The notes beneath the pieces were generated by a model that saw only the letters and a program-made list of their open reading frames with translations, was not told the DNA's origin and did not search any database. The translations under genes and the position numbers were made by a program. Below, piece by piece: positions 50,687-60,503 of a DNA stretch of 64,000 nt (position 1 is the stretch's first letter; each line of letters opens with the position of its first letter). Origin of the DNA: Alphaproteobacteria bacterium (GTDB lineage Bacteria > Pseudomonadota > Alphaproteobacteria > MPNO01 > UBA830); contig OZ251539.1 of NCBI GenBank assembly GCA_965243135.1, positions 4,064,001 through 4,128,000 on the forward strand, in the 5' to 3' direction.

Positions 50687-51344
50687 ATCCGGCTCCGCGG
50701 ATCGTGTGAATCAGCGGCCTGTCGAAATCCCGGTCCACCTTCCGGCGCAGCCGGCTGATGTGAACGTCGATGACGTTGGTCTGCGGATCGAAATGATAGT
50801 CCCAGACGTTTTCCAGCAGCATCGTGCGGGTGACCACGCTGCCCGCGTTGCGCATCAGGCACTCTAGAAGACGGAATTCCCGCGGTTGAAGCTCTATCGG
50901 CCGCGTTCCCCGGGTTACGCGGCGCGCAAGTAGATCCAGCTCGAGATCCGAAACGCGCAGCGCCGTTTCCGCGCCGCCGGCGCCCGCCGCCCGGCGCGCC
51001 AGCGCCTCCAGCCGCGCCAGAAGTTCGGCGGCCGCGAACGGCTTCACCAGGTAATCGTCTCCTCCGGCCTTGAGACCCTTGACGCGGTCGTCCACCGCCC
51101 CCAAGGCGCTGAGAAACAGCACCGGCGTGCGGTCGTCCGAAGCGCGAAGGGTGCGCACGATGGTCAGGCCGTCCGGCCCCGGCAACATGCGGTCCACCAC
51201 CAACGCGTCGTAATCGGCGGACGCAGCCATGACCAGACCGATCCTGCCGTCGGCCGCATGGTCGCCGACATGCCCGGCCTCGGCCAGCACCTTGAGGACG
51301 TAGGCCGCGACTCCGGGGTCATCCTCGACGACCAGTATGCGCAT
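50655..51344 (-). CDS. OmpR family response regulator
   Basis: ILVVEDD, DRMLP, DDYLVKPF, IDVHISRLRRK, TIRGAGY. Confidence 0.95.
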   Translation of the reverse strand: MRILVVEDDPGVAAYVLKVLAEAGHVGDHAADGRIGLVMAASADYDALVVDRMLPGPDGLTIVRTLRASDDRTPVLFLSALGAVDDRVKGLKAGGDDYLVKPFAAAELLARLEALARRAAGAGGAETALRVSDLELDLLARRVTRGTRPIELQPREFRLLECLMRNAGSVVTRTMLLENVWDYHFDPQTNVIDVHISRLRRKVDRDFDRPLIHTIRGAGYVIRDDGPPA

Positions 51345-51374
51345 CCCGTCCCCCGGCCTTCCGTCTTGCCTCCG

Positions 51375-51773
51375 TCAAATCGCCGCCACGGCGGAGATCT
51401 CGATCAGGAACTCCGGCCAGGCCAGCGCCGATACCTCGACGATGGCGGAAGCCGGACCGTTTTCGGGAAAGTAACTTTCGCGGATATCGGACACCGACTC
51501 GAACGCGCCGATGTCCCGCGCGTAGACCGTGACCTGCACGATGTCCCGCATGGCGCCGCCGTTCGCCTCGACGATAGCCTTGACGTTCTCCAGAACCTGG
51601 ATCGTCTGGGCGCGGATGTCGCCCTTGCCGACCAGATTGCCGCCGGCGTCGAGCGCCACCTGTCCGGCGACGAAGAGCAGCGGCCCCGCCTCCGCGCGGA
51701 CGCTGTTGGAATAATGCGGCTTGAGCGGCGGCGCAACGCCGGCCGGGTTCGCGCCTACGGATTTTCGCGTCAT
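51375..51773 (-). CDS. RidA/YjgF family protein
   Basis: LFVAGQV, QVLENV, PASAIVEV-AL, IEISAVA; ATGA-coupled to the upstream gene. Confidence 0.9.
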   Translation of the reverse strand: MTRKSVGANPAGVAPPLKPHYSNSVRAEAGPLLFVAGQVALDAGGNLVGKGDIRAQTIQVLENVKAIVEANGGAMRDIVQVTVYARDIGAFESVSDIRESYFPENGPASAIVEVSALAWPEFLIEISAVAAI

Positions 51774-54175
51774 CTCCGATCCCCCTGCTGCAATTGTCGT
51801 TCCCGTGCGCCGGACGGCTCCGCCTCCCGAAGCGCGCGCCAGACGGTCTCCGCGGTGAAGGGCAACGGCACGTGCCGCACGCCGAGATGCCACAGCGCAT
51901 CGACCACCGCGTTGCCGACCGCGGCGGGCGACCCGATAGCGCCGCTTTCGCTGCCGCCTTTGACGCCGAGCGGATTCGACGGCGCAGGCGTTTCCCTGAA
52001 GACGAGATCGAACGACGGCAGATCGTCGGCGCGCGGCATGCAATAGTCCGCGAAGCTGCCGGTAACGAGCTGTCCGCTCCCGTCGTATACGACGCGCTCC
52101 ATCATCGCCTGCCCTATTCCCTGCGCAAGTCCTCCGTGCACCTGACCTTCGACGATCATCGGATTGACGACCACGCCGCAATCGTCGGCCGTGAAGTAAT
52201 TCCGCAGCGTAACCGTGCCGGTCTCCGGGTCGACCAACACCACGGCGAGATGCATGCCCTGCGGATCGTTGGTGTCCGGCGGCTCCCAGAAGACCGTCTC
52301 CTCGAGTCCCGGTCGCACGCTTCCGTCGGCCTCGCGAGGCAGCATGGCGCCGTGGCAGGCGTTGCCGGCGACCTCCGCGAAGGTCACGCGCCGGTCCGTG
52401 CCGCGGACAGTATAGACCGCGGCGTCGAATTCGAGATCTTCTTCCGCGCTTTCGAGCATGTGCGCCGCGATGCGGCGCGCCTTCGCGGCGACCTTGTCGG
52501 CCGCGATCATGACGGCGGAACCGCCCACCGTCAGCGACCGCGACCCCCACGTTCCGTTGCCGAAGGGGATCATGTCGGTGTCGCCCTCGATCAGCGCGAT
52601 GTCGTCCACCGGGATCCCCAGCCGGTCGGCGGCGATCTGCGAATAGGTGATGTCGTGGCCCTGTCCATGGCTGTGGCTTCCGGAATAAAGCGTGACCTTG
52701 CCGTCGGAATGCACGCGGACGACGGCGCTTTCGTAACCTCCGTGCATGCCGCCGCGGGACGCGAGGTTGGCGCTGCTGCCGGTGCCGGACTTGTCGAGAA
52801 AACAGGCGGCGCCGATTCCCATGAGGCGGCCCTGCGCCCGCAGCGCCTCCTGCTCGGCGCGCAACGCTTCGTAACCGGCGAGCGCGAGCAGATCCTCCAA
52901 CAGAGCCGGCGGATCTCCCGAGTCGTAGGTGCGCCCGCCCGGAGCCGGATAGGGGAAATCCTCCGCCCGGATCAGGTTGCGGCGGCGCATGCGGACGACG
53001 TCGATGCCGAGTTCCCGAGCGCCGTTCTCGGCCAGCCGTTCGTTGACCCAGGTCGCTTCCGGGCGGCCGGATCCGCGATAGGCGTCGACCGGCACGGTGT
53101 TGGTGTAAGCGCCGCGCACCCGCAGATGCGCCGCCGGAGTTCTATAGAGGCCGGTCAGGGTCTGCGGGTAGGAGTTTCCGGGAATGCTGGGCGCGAAGTT
53201 CGAAAGATACCCGCCGAGCGCCGCGACCGTATCGACCTGCAGCGCGACGATCCCGCCGTCGGGGCCGAAACCCATGCGCGCGACCGTGTGATGGTCGCGA
53301 GCCTGCGCATCCGACACGAGGCACTCGGAGCGCGTCGCCGTCCACTTTACCGGTCGTCTCAGAATGCCGGCGGCCCAGGCGACGGTCGAAGCTTCGACCG
53401 CAAAGTGAACCTTCAGGCCAAAGCCGCCTCCCACGTCCGGGGCGATCACCCGGATCCTGTGCTCCGGCACGAAAAGGGCGTAGACCGCGAGCCAGCGCCT
53501 GAGGTAGTGGGGCGTCTGGGTGGTGGCGTAGAAAGTGTAGCGTTCGCCGTCGAAATCGCACAGATACGAACGCGGCTCCATAGGGCTTCCGGCGACCCGG
53601 TTGGACGGCAGTTCCATCTCGACGACCCGGTGCGCCGCGGCGAGCGCGGCTTCGGTCGCCGCCCGATCCCCCTTCTCGATTTCGAATACGAGATTGCCGC
53701 CGAAACATTCGTGAACGACGGGCGCTCCGGCGTCCAGTGCCCGCGAGACTTCGGCGACAGCGGGAAGCGGCGCGTAGTCGACCGAGACCAGATCGGCGGC
53801 GTCCCGGGCGAGATCTCCGGTTTCCGCGATTACCGCTGCAACCACGTCTCCGACATGCCGCGCCTTGTCCGAGGCGAAAGCCGGGCGGGGCGCTTCGTTC
53901 ATGGGCCGTCCGTCGCCGAACGGCATGGGATGCACGACGGTCAGTTCGCCGAGTCCGGCCGCTTTCCAGTCCGAATGGGCAAGAATTCCGAGTACGCCCG
54001 GCATCGCCGCGGCAACGCTCGAATCGACACGATCAATGCGCGCATGGGCGTGGGGCGAACGAACGAAAGCGCACCACGCGGTATTCGGAAGCCGGATATC
54101 GTCGACGTAACGTCCGCTGCCGCGAAGGAAACGCGCATCTTCCCGCCGCCCGAGCGATCGGCCCATGTAACCCAT
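51770..54175 (-). CDS. xanthine dehydrogenase family molybdopterin-binding large subunit (CoxL form II-like)
   Basis: RREDARFL-G-GRYVDD, RSPHAHA, VGGGFG, AYRGSGRPE, GQGH, GQVHGG, GVKG-SE. Confidence 0.9.
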   Translation of the reverse strand: MGYMGRSLGRREDARFLRGSGRYVDDIRLPNTAWCAFVRSPHAHARIDRVDSSVAAAMPGVLGILAHSDWKAAGLGELTVVHPMPFGDGRPMNEAPRPAFASDKARHVGDVVAAVIAETGDLARDAADLVSVDYAPLPAVAEVSRALDAGAPVVHECFGGNLVFEIEKGDRAATEAALAAAHRVVEMELPSNRVAGSPMEPRSYLCDFDGERYTFYATTQTPHYLRRWLAVYALFVPEHRIRVIAPDVGGGFGLKVHFAVEASTVAWAAGILRRPVKWTATRSECLVSDAQARDHHTVARMGFGPDGGIVALQVDTVAALGGYLSNFAPSIPGNSYPQTLTGLYRTPAAHLRVRGAYTNTVPVDAYRGSGRPEATWVNERLAENGARELGIDVVRMRRRNLIRAEDFPYPAPGGRTYDSGDPPALLEDLLALAGYEALRAEQEALRAQGRLMGIGAACFLDKSGTGSSANLASRGGMHGGYESAVVRVHSDGKVTLYSGSHSHGQGHDITYSQIAADRLGIPVDDIALIEGDTDMIPFGNGTWGSRSLTVGGSAVMIAADKVAAKARRIAAHMLESAEEDLEFDAAVYTVRGTDRRVTFAEVAGNACHGAMLPREADGSVRPGLEETVFWEPPDTNDPQGMHLAVVLVDPETGTVTLRNYFTADDCGVVVNPMIVEGQVHGGLAQGIGQAMMERVVYDGSGQLVTGSFADYCMPRADDLPSFDLVFRETPAPSNPLGVKGGSESGAIGSPAAVGNAVVDALWHLGVRHVPLPFTAETVWRALREAEPSGARERQLQQGDRR

Positions 54176-54658
54176 TAAACGATCCCGCCGGTGGTCCGCC
54201 TGGCCATATTAACCTCCCCCTGTCAACTCCGAAGCGCAACACAGCCGGTCGGCAATATCCGTCGCGAGGCGGGCTTCGCGGCGAGTCAAGCGACCGCCCC
54301 TCGTCCCCCCCTCCGAAGACCGCCGCACGATGCTCTTCGCAGCGGCAGCGCGTTCCCGGATCTCTACGCTGACCCCGAAAGGCGCACTACGCACGCTTAC
54401 CGGTCGGGCGGGCGCGAGCGCTGCCGCCGGGCAGCGCAACCGCAAGGTTGGCGAACTTGCGGCGGCGACTCAAGCCGCCGCCGCGGCGCGCCTTTCCGGC
54501 ACCAGCAGGGCAAAGACCCCGGCGAGCGCGACCCACCAAAGTCCGTCTCGCAGTCAGAGATCCCCGAGCAAGACCCCTGTCGACGCGCCAGAAACGGCGA
54601 CGCCAGTCCGCGCCTGCGAACGAAGTAGCGGGAAACCGCGGCCGTGACGGGAAGCCGT

Positions 54659-57041
54659 TCAGGCGGTCTCGCAATCGAAGCCGACGACGTTGCGCTCCTC
54701 GCGGCTGAACTCCACCCCGATCAGGTGGACCGAACGTCCGAGACGGCGGTACTTGTCCGCATAGCCCTTCTCCCGCAGCTGCGCGAGCGCGATCCCCTCC
54801 CGCCCGCGCTCCACCACCTTGAACTCGAACAGGTAGACGCGCCTGCCGGCGCGGATCGCCATGTCGGCGCGCCCCCGGCTGCCGCTGTCCTCGGCCACCG
54901 GCTCGAGGCCCTCCATCAGGAAGCAGCTGGACGCTCGCGTAGTGGGCCTCGTACACCGGGCTGTTCATGTACCACTGGTGCGGGATGGCGGCGAAAATGC
55001 CGCGGAACAGGGTTTCGAGACGTTTGAAGTCGTTCGCCTCCAGCAATTCGCCCAGCCGCAAGTTCTCCGTCTCCTCGCGGGCCTCGTCCGGGAGCAGTTC
55101 TTCCAGCAGGGCCTCGCCCAGGCTTTGGCGCACCTCGAGGTTCGGGTAGCCCAGCCGGTAGCGCCCGTCCTTCTCGCCGACGATGGGTAGAGTCGAGGAC
55201 TGGCGCGTTAGCTTTAGGGTCCGGTGGATGTTCCGTCGCTTTCGCTCCGGGCCTCAGTCCGGCTCCCGTGGCCACGTTTCCAGTCCCCGCTCTCCGAACC
55301 GGACGTGCGGATTTCCCGCGCCTCCAGCAGGATCATGCGTCTCGCCCACGGATGGATTGTCAGCGTTCCCAAAAAACGGCCGGTTTTCCGGACCCGGGAG
55401 TTGCACCGTCTCCCATATTTTCCGCCTGTTCTCGCTTTCCAACCCGTCGCCGAGCCTGTTTACGCCTCGACGACCCCGGCCTCTCGACCGGGTTCCTTCG
55501 CTTCTGCATGTGACGCTTCCGGGATCTCTGGCATGTAGTCGGTTGTTAGGCATAGCCAATCTCCGAGCCCTTCTCCCTTGCGGCGCCCTTCCTCGCCTGA
55601 GGCCCCTTTCCTCCGCCGGCGTTACCCGGCTTCTCCGGTACTACGGGCCTCTCCGCCACCCTGCCGGCCCGGCCTGCCCCTCGCGGGGTTCCGGTTGACT
55701 CGTGCGCGTCACCGACAGGGCTTCCCGTGTTGCTGCTTCCTTCATCTTCCATGCGTGCCGACACCCCGGCGGAAACGGTCGGTGCTTTTGTCGTTCTCTT
55801 CCCGACCGTCGGCGGCTTTCCCCTAACCTCAGGAGGGTCAGCTTCCGCATTGACCGTTTCGAGGCCTGCTCAATGTTCACTACTCGTTTCGGCCCGCGTG
55901 TTCGCTGAGCGGCCTTCGCCGCCCTTTCCCAGAGTGCTTCAGCCTACATCGTTACCTCCGTAAACCGCCCTGGCCGCTACCAACCGGAACGACAGTTGTT
56001 GGGTGGGATTCGCACCCACCAGAAGAAAGCGCCTTTCCACGGCGCACTGAGGTAGCCGGTCTGGAACAGAAGCGCCTGGACCGACATCCTGTCCACGTCG
56101 AAGGTCGAGAGCAGGCTCTCGCTGCCGATCATGCCGTCCAGGCGGGGAGTGGGCAGGTTGCGGCGCGCCAGCGTCTCGATCAGGAAGGTCGGCGTGCCGC
56201 TCTCGAACCAGTACGGGTGGAACTCGCGCCGCCGAAACAGCAGCAGCAGGCCGAACGGGTTGTGGACCTTTTCCGATCCGAGCCAGTTGTAGCCGTCGTA
56301 CCAGCGGCGGACCTCGTCCCGGTCCAGGCCCTCGAGTTCAGGAGCGAAGACCGCGTCCAGCTCCGCATCCGTGTAGCCGCAGATGTCCGAGAACTCCGGC
56401 TCCAGCGTGATGTCGATCAGGTTGTTCAGGCCCGAGAACAGGCCCGATAACTTGCTCACTCCCGTCAGGAAAACGAAACGGAGCTGCCTGTCGCAGGCCT
56501 TGATCACCCCGTACAGGCTGCGCAGGAAGTCGCGGTTGGCCAGCGCCAGTTCCCGGTCGCCGAGCGCGTCCAGGACCGGCTTGTCGTATTCGTCCACCAG
56601 CACGACCACGCGCCGCCCGGTGCGCTCGTGCAAAGCCTCGATCAATTCCCAGAAACGAACCGACGCTTCGACGAGGCACGGTTCGAGGCCGGCGTGCCTC
56701 TCCGCCACCGCCAGCTGCCTTTCCACGGCGACGCGAACCCCGTCCGGGGCGCGGAAATCGCCCCCTCTGCTGAAATCCAGCCGCACGACAGGATGGCGCG
56801 CCGACCAGTCCCACCCGCCGTGCACGGCGAGGCCCCGGAACAACTCCTCGCTCCCCTCGAACAACTCCTGCAGCGTGTCCACCAGCAGGGTCTTGCCGAA
56901 CCGGCGCGGACGCGACAGGAAATAGTACTTGCCCCCTTCGACGAGGCGGCGCGCATGGTCCGTCTTGTCAACGTAGTAGCAGTCCATCCCCCGGATCTCC
57001 CGGAGGGAGGAAAAGCCGATCGGAAGCATGCGTCCTGCCAT
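54659..57041 (-). pseudogene. AAA-ATPase-like + PD-(D/E)XK nuclease gene, interrupted by a group II intron and frameshifted near 54929
   Basis: LPIG, YYVDKT, RPRRFGKT, VDEYDKP, SGLNNL, FQTGYL|TI...YPNLEV, GRADM...FEFK...QL-EKGY--KY. Confidence 0.88.
55187..56047 (-). mobile_element. ORF-less group II intron (IIB-like), 861 nt
   Basis: starts GTGCG, ends ...CTCGACTCTAC; DV/DVI-like GCGGGAAATCCGCACGTCCGGTTCGGAGAGCGGGG; excision restores exon FQTGYLTIVGE; EBS1 UGAGGU complements exon end ACCUCA. Confidence 0.92.
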
Positions 57042-57204
57042 TCGGCGAGAAGTAGGCCGCCGCGCCGGAACCGTCAAGAAGTCGGCGGCGGCAGGCCTGT
57101 CTGCGTCCCCTGGCGCGGCAAGCAGCCGGCAGTTTCCGCGACGCTACGGCTGGGAAAAGCGCGGGGGCGAGCGAACCTGTCGCTCCGCGGGAATCCTGCC
57201 CGCT

Positions 57205-57490
57205 CGCAGGAGGCGAGCGCGTTCGACGCGCTCAACGCGCGGCCAGGAGACATTCAGGCGGAAGCGAACGCCGACGGAAGGCTCCGTCACCAAAGGCGAC
57301 GCGCGTCGGCAACGATCTCGACACCGGCTTCGCGAGCCTCGACGGCAAGGTCGACGCCCTCGCCGCGGAAACCAGAGCCGACGCAACGCGACGGCAAGCG
57401 CCCTCGCCAAGGAAAGCCGCACGCCTCGAAACCAGGACGATTGTCGCGGCAGGCCTCGCCGCGCCTGTGTTGGTTCGGTACCGAAGATCC
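57205..57490 (+). pseudogene. degenerate DUF1640/CCDC90-like coiled-coil gene remnant
   Basis: CAGGAGG, then pieces in shifting frames: AFDAL, VTKGD, DLDTGFASLDGKVDALAAETRAD, and a hydrophobic tail IVAAGLAAPVLV. Confidence 0.4.
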
Positions 57491-57798
57491 GCGCACGACG
57501 ACATGCGCCGCAAGCGGCGAAACGCTTGAACGTCAGGCAACGGTTCCGTCGAACAACGAGAGCGTCGTCCGGTCGAGCGAGCGGACTTCCGCCGTCGAAA
57601 ACCATGGCCCGTTCGAAGCCATCAACCGAAGCGGCTCGCGAAAGCGAAACCGGAAACGGCGATGGCAGGCGTTGGCCTCCGTTTTTGAACTCACCCGCCT
57701 GACCTCTCCGCAACATTAAAACGACCGGTCAGCCACCACGCATGTTGCGCTTCAAACATGAAGGGGCGTCCGGTACCAGGTCTTTCCCGCATTTGGTC

Positions 57799-57850
57799 TT
57801 GCAATGAATCCATAAATGGTCTATTTTATCAAAATAGTTCAAATATGGAG
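57799..57850 (+). promoter_or_regulatory. promoter/operator region of the Xre-RES operon
   Basis: TTGCAA...TATTTT with two imperfect palindromes TCCATAAATGGT and TTCAAATATGGA. Confidence 0.45.
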
Positions 57851-57856
57851 CGAGTT

Positions 57857-58255
57857 ATGCGCCTGCAATCGCCTGCGAAGATTGATCGGACGAGCCTGTC
57901 CGGCCCTGCGCTGCGCACGTTCTTTCGTATCGCGGATCTGTGGAGCCTCCCGGTGGATGGGCAGATGAGGTTGTTGGGCGTGACCGCCCGGTCAACTTTC
58001 TTCAAGTGGAAAAAGAACCCGAACACGACCTTGCCCAAGGACACGCTCGAGCGCATCTCCTACATCGTGGGCATCTACAAGGCGCTTCAGATACTGCTGC
58101 CCGACGAAAAAGCGGCGGACGAGTGGGTGAAGCAGCCGAACTCGGCTCCGCTGTTCGGCGGGCGCTCCGCGCTCGACAGGATGTTATCGGGCCAAGTCGC
58201 GGACCTCTTCCTCGTCAGGCAATACCTGGACGCCCAGAGAGGCGGCTGGGCGTGA
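57857..58255 (+). CDS. Xre/MbcA/ParS antitoxin
   Basis: LRTFFRIADLWSL, DTLERISY--GIYKAL-IL, PN-APLFGG, L-LVRQYLDAQRG. Confidence 0.92.
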   Translation: MRLQSPAKIDRTSLSGPALRTFFRIADLWSLPVDGQMRLLGVTARSTFFKWKKNPNTTLPKDTLERISYIVGIYKALQILLPDEKAADEWVKQPNSAPLFGGRSALDRMLSGQVADLFLVRQYLDAQRGGWA

Positions 58256-58935
58256 CGCCCCCGGTTGCCCGCATTGAATGGAGGCCGTGCTGGAGAATTA
58301 TCCCCAGCCGATTTCCGCCGATCGACCTTTTCCAGCGAGTAACGGCTCCCGACGACCTGGAGGCCGTCTTCGCGCTGGACGCCATGACCAATCCGCGATT
58401 GCGCAACGACGCGGGCGATATTCAGCTTGTGCCTCCGGAGGAGCGAATCAGCGGCCCCGGCTCCAGTGTCGTTATGGCGGCCTTCACGCATCTGAACGCC
58501 GAGGGAAGCCGGTTTACCGACGGAAGCTACGGAGTGTTCTATGCCGCCCGCAATCTCGAAACCGCCATTGCGGAGACGAAGCATCATCGCGAACGCTTCA
58601 TGCGCGCCACGGCGCAAGCGCGCATGGAGCTCGACATGCGGGTTTACCTCGTCGATCTCGCCGGCGACATGCACGACCTGCGCAGTCTCGAACCAGTCTT
58701 TCCGCTTGTCTATTGCAAGGACGACTACACGGCCAGCCGCCATCTCGCGAGTACGTTGCGGAAGGAAGGATCCAGCGGCATCGCCTATGACAGCGTCCGC
58801 CGAAAAGGCGGCGAATGCGTGGCTGCGTTCCAGCCTTCGGTTCTGTCGGCCGTTCGTCAAGAACGGCATCTTTGTTACGTCTGGAACGGGCGGCAGATCA
58901 CGGATATTTACGAGAAAAGGGATCTGAAGCGGTAA
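58252..58935 (+). CDS. RES domain toxin (NAD+-consuming family)
   Basis: RIIPSRFPP, MAAFTH, SRFTDGSYGVFYAA, AIAET, YDSVR; GTGA overlap. Confidence 0.92.
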   Translation: MTPPVARIEWRPCWRIIPSRFPPIDLFQRVTAPDDLEAVFALDAMTNPRLRNDAGDIQLVPPEERISGPGSSVVMAAFTHLNAEGSRFTDGSYGVFYAARNLETAIAETKHHRERFMRATAQARMELDMRVYLVDLAGDMHDLRSLEPVFPLVYCKDDYTASRHLASTLRKEGSSGIAYDSVRRKGGECVAAFQPSVLSAVRQERHLCYVWNGRQITDIYEKRDLKR

Positions 58936-59597
58936 ACCGTCGCCGACGCGAGCGCGATGCAAACGGCATCTTTCGGGTTGCCTCGCTTCCGCTCGATGCC
59001 GACGACGCCGACTTTAAATTCTCCCCTTGCCCTTCCCGCCCCCGGTCGACGCCAACCGCGCCCCGTCCGGAAGTCCTGCGGAGACCCCTTGCAGTCGGTC
59101 GCGGTTTCGCCCGCGCAACCGCCGGGTCGAGAGCGGTATGACGCCGGCCCGGCGGCGAGACCGAGACCCGACGCCCCATCACGTTCGGCGTTCCGACCGG
59201 CGCGATCGTTCGCGAACGCGCCGATACCGAAAGACGGATGAAGGCGGCGACGCGTCCGGTTTCGGAAAGCGACTCCCGCAAGTTCGATTTGCCGACGCTC
59301 GCGACAGGTCGGCACCATGGTGCCCAGCGCGCCGATTCCGAGGGCTTCGGTCGCGGCGAACGGCACGCGCGCCGCCGGGAACCAAAGCGAACGGCGCGCT
59401 CTTGGACGGCGAACGGGTCGCCGACCGACAGGCTTCCGGCAGCGTCAGACCCGGCGGAACAGGCAGGCCAGAACGGAACGGCCGACGACGGCGACCTATT
59501 AACCCGGACGGTAGCCCATGCGCGGCTTGCTTGCCGTTCCGGTCCCGCTGCCGTAGCTTCGCTTGCGAAAACGACAACGGTCACGGAAAGCCGCCCG

Positions 59598-60461
59598 ATG
59601 GTTCAACTGCTCGACGACGACATTCGCAGCCCGGAAATCCGAAGCTGGAAAGGAATCCATCTGTTCCACTTTCACGGTTCGTCCTGCTCGCAGAAGGTCC
59701 GGATCTTCATGAACCTGAAGGGTATCGACTGGGAACCGCATCTGATCGACTTGCCGTCGAACGAAAATCTCAGCGAATGGTACCTCGGGATCAATCCGCG
59801 CGGCCTCGTGCCCGCCTTGGTCTTCGACGGCGAAGTCCACATCGAAAGCAACGACATCGTCACGCTGATCGAGCGCCGTTTTCCGGAGCCCGCCCTGATC
59901 CCGAAGGGACGCGAGGCGGAAGTCGACGATCTGCTGCGGCACGAGGACGACCTGCACCTCGACATCCGCACCCTTTCCTTCCGCTTCGCCCAGCCGCGCG
60001 GACGAAAGATGAAGTCCGCCGAAGCGCTGTCCGACTACAAGTCGCGCGGAAGCGGCACCGTTCTCGGCAAGGCCGACGAGAACAAGGCGCGGGAAATCGC
60101 TTTCTGGGAATGGGCCGGCCGTGAGGGGATCACCGACGACGCCGTCCGCGCCTCGGCGGCGAAGTTCCGAAGCGCCCTCGATGAGATCGAGCGGCGGTTG
60201 GCGTCCGGCCCTTACCTGCTCGGCGAAACCTTGAGCGTCGTCGATGTCGCTTGGTTTATCTACGTCAATCGCCTGGACCGTTGCGGCTATCCCCTGCGCC
60301 GCCTGCATCCTGCGGTGGCGGGATGGTTCGAAGCGTTGAGACGGCGGCCGGAATTCGCCGACGAAGTCCGGATGCCGGCCGAGATCGACCGGGCCGTGGA
60401 GGAAAACCAGCGTCGGCAGCGCGCCGAGGGAACCGCTCTGGTAGACGTCGCCGGCCTCTGA
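59598..60461 (+). CDS. glutathione S-transferase family protein
   Basis: SSCSQKVR, INPRGLVPAL, IESNDI, YLLGETLSVVD. Confidence 0.9.
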   Translation: MVQLLDDDIRSPEIRSWKGIHLFHFHGSSCSQKVRIFMNLKGIDWEPHLIDLPSNENLSEWYLGINPRGLVPALVFDGEVHIESNDIVTLIERRFPEPALIPKGREAEVDDLLRHEDDLHLDIRTLSFRFAQPRGRKMKSAEALSDYKSRGSGTVLGKADENKAREIAFWEWAGREGITDDAVRASAAKFRSALDEIERRLASGPYLLGETLSVVDVAWFIYVNRLDRCGYPLRRLHPAVAGWFEALRRRPEFADEVRMPAEIDRAVEENQRRQRAEGTALVDVAGL

Positions 60462-60503
60462 CGCGGTGCCGGCCGCCGCTCGGGCGCTCGACGGCGAACG
60501 GGA

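Noticed and set aside
51770-54175. Aerobic CO dehydrogenase (form I coxL)
   Set aside because: Lacks the AYxCSFR copper-binding motif and the cox accessory genes.
55254-55559. 101-aa ORF inside the intron as a functional intron-encoded protein
   Set aside because: No RT motifs (no YADD), and it runs through domains V/VI; only a short out-of-frame relic of an RT N-terminus is present.
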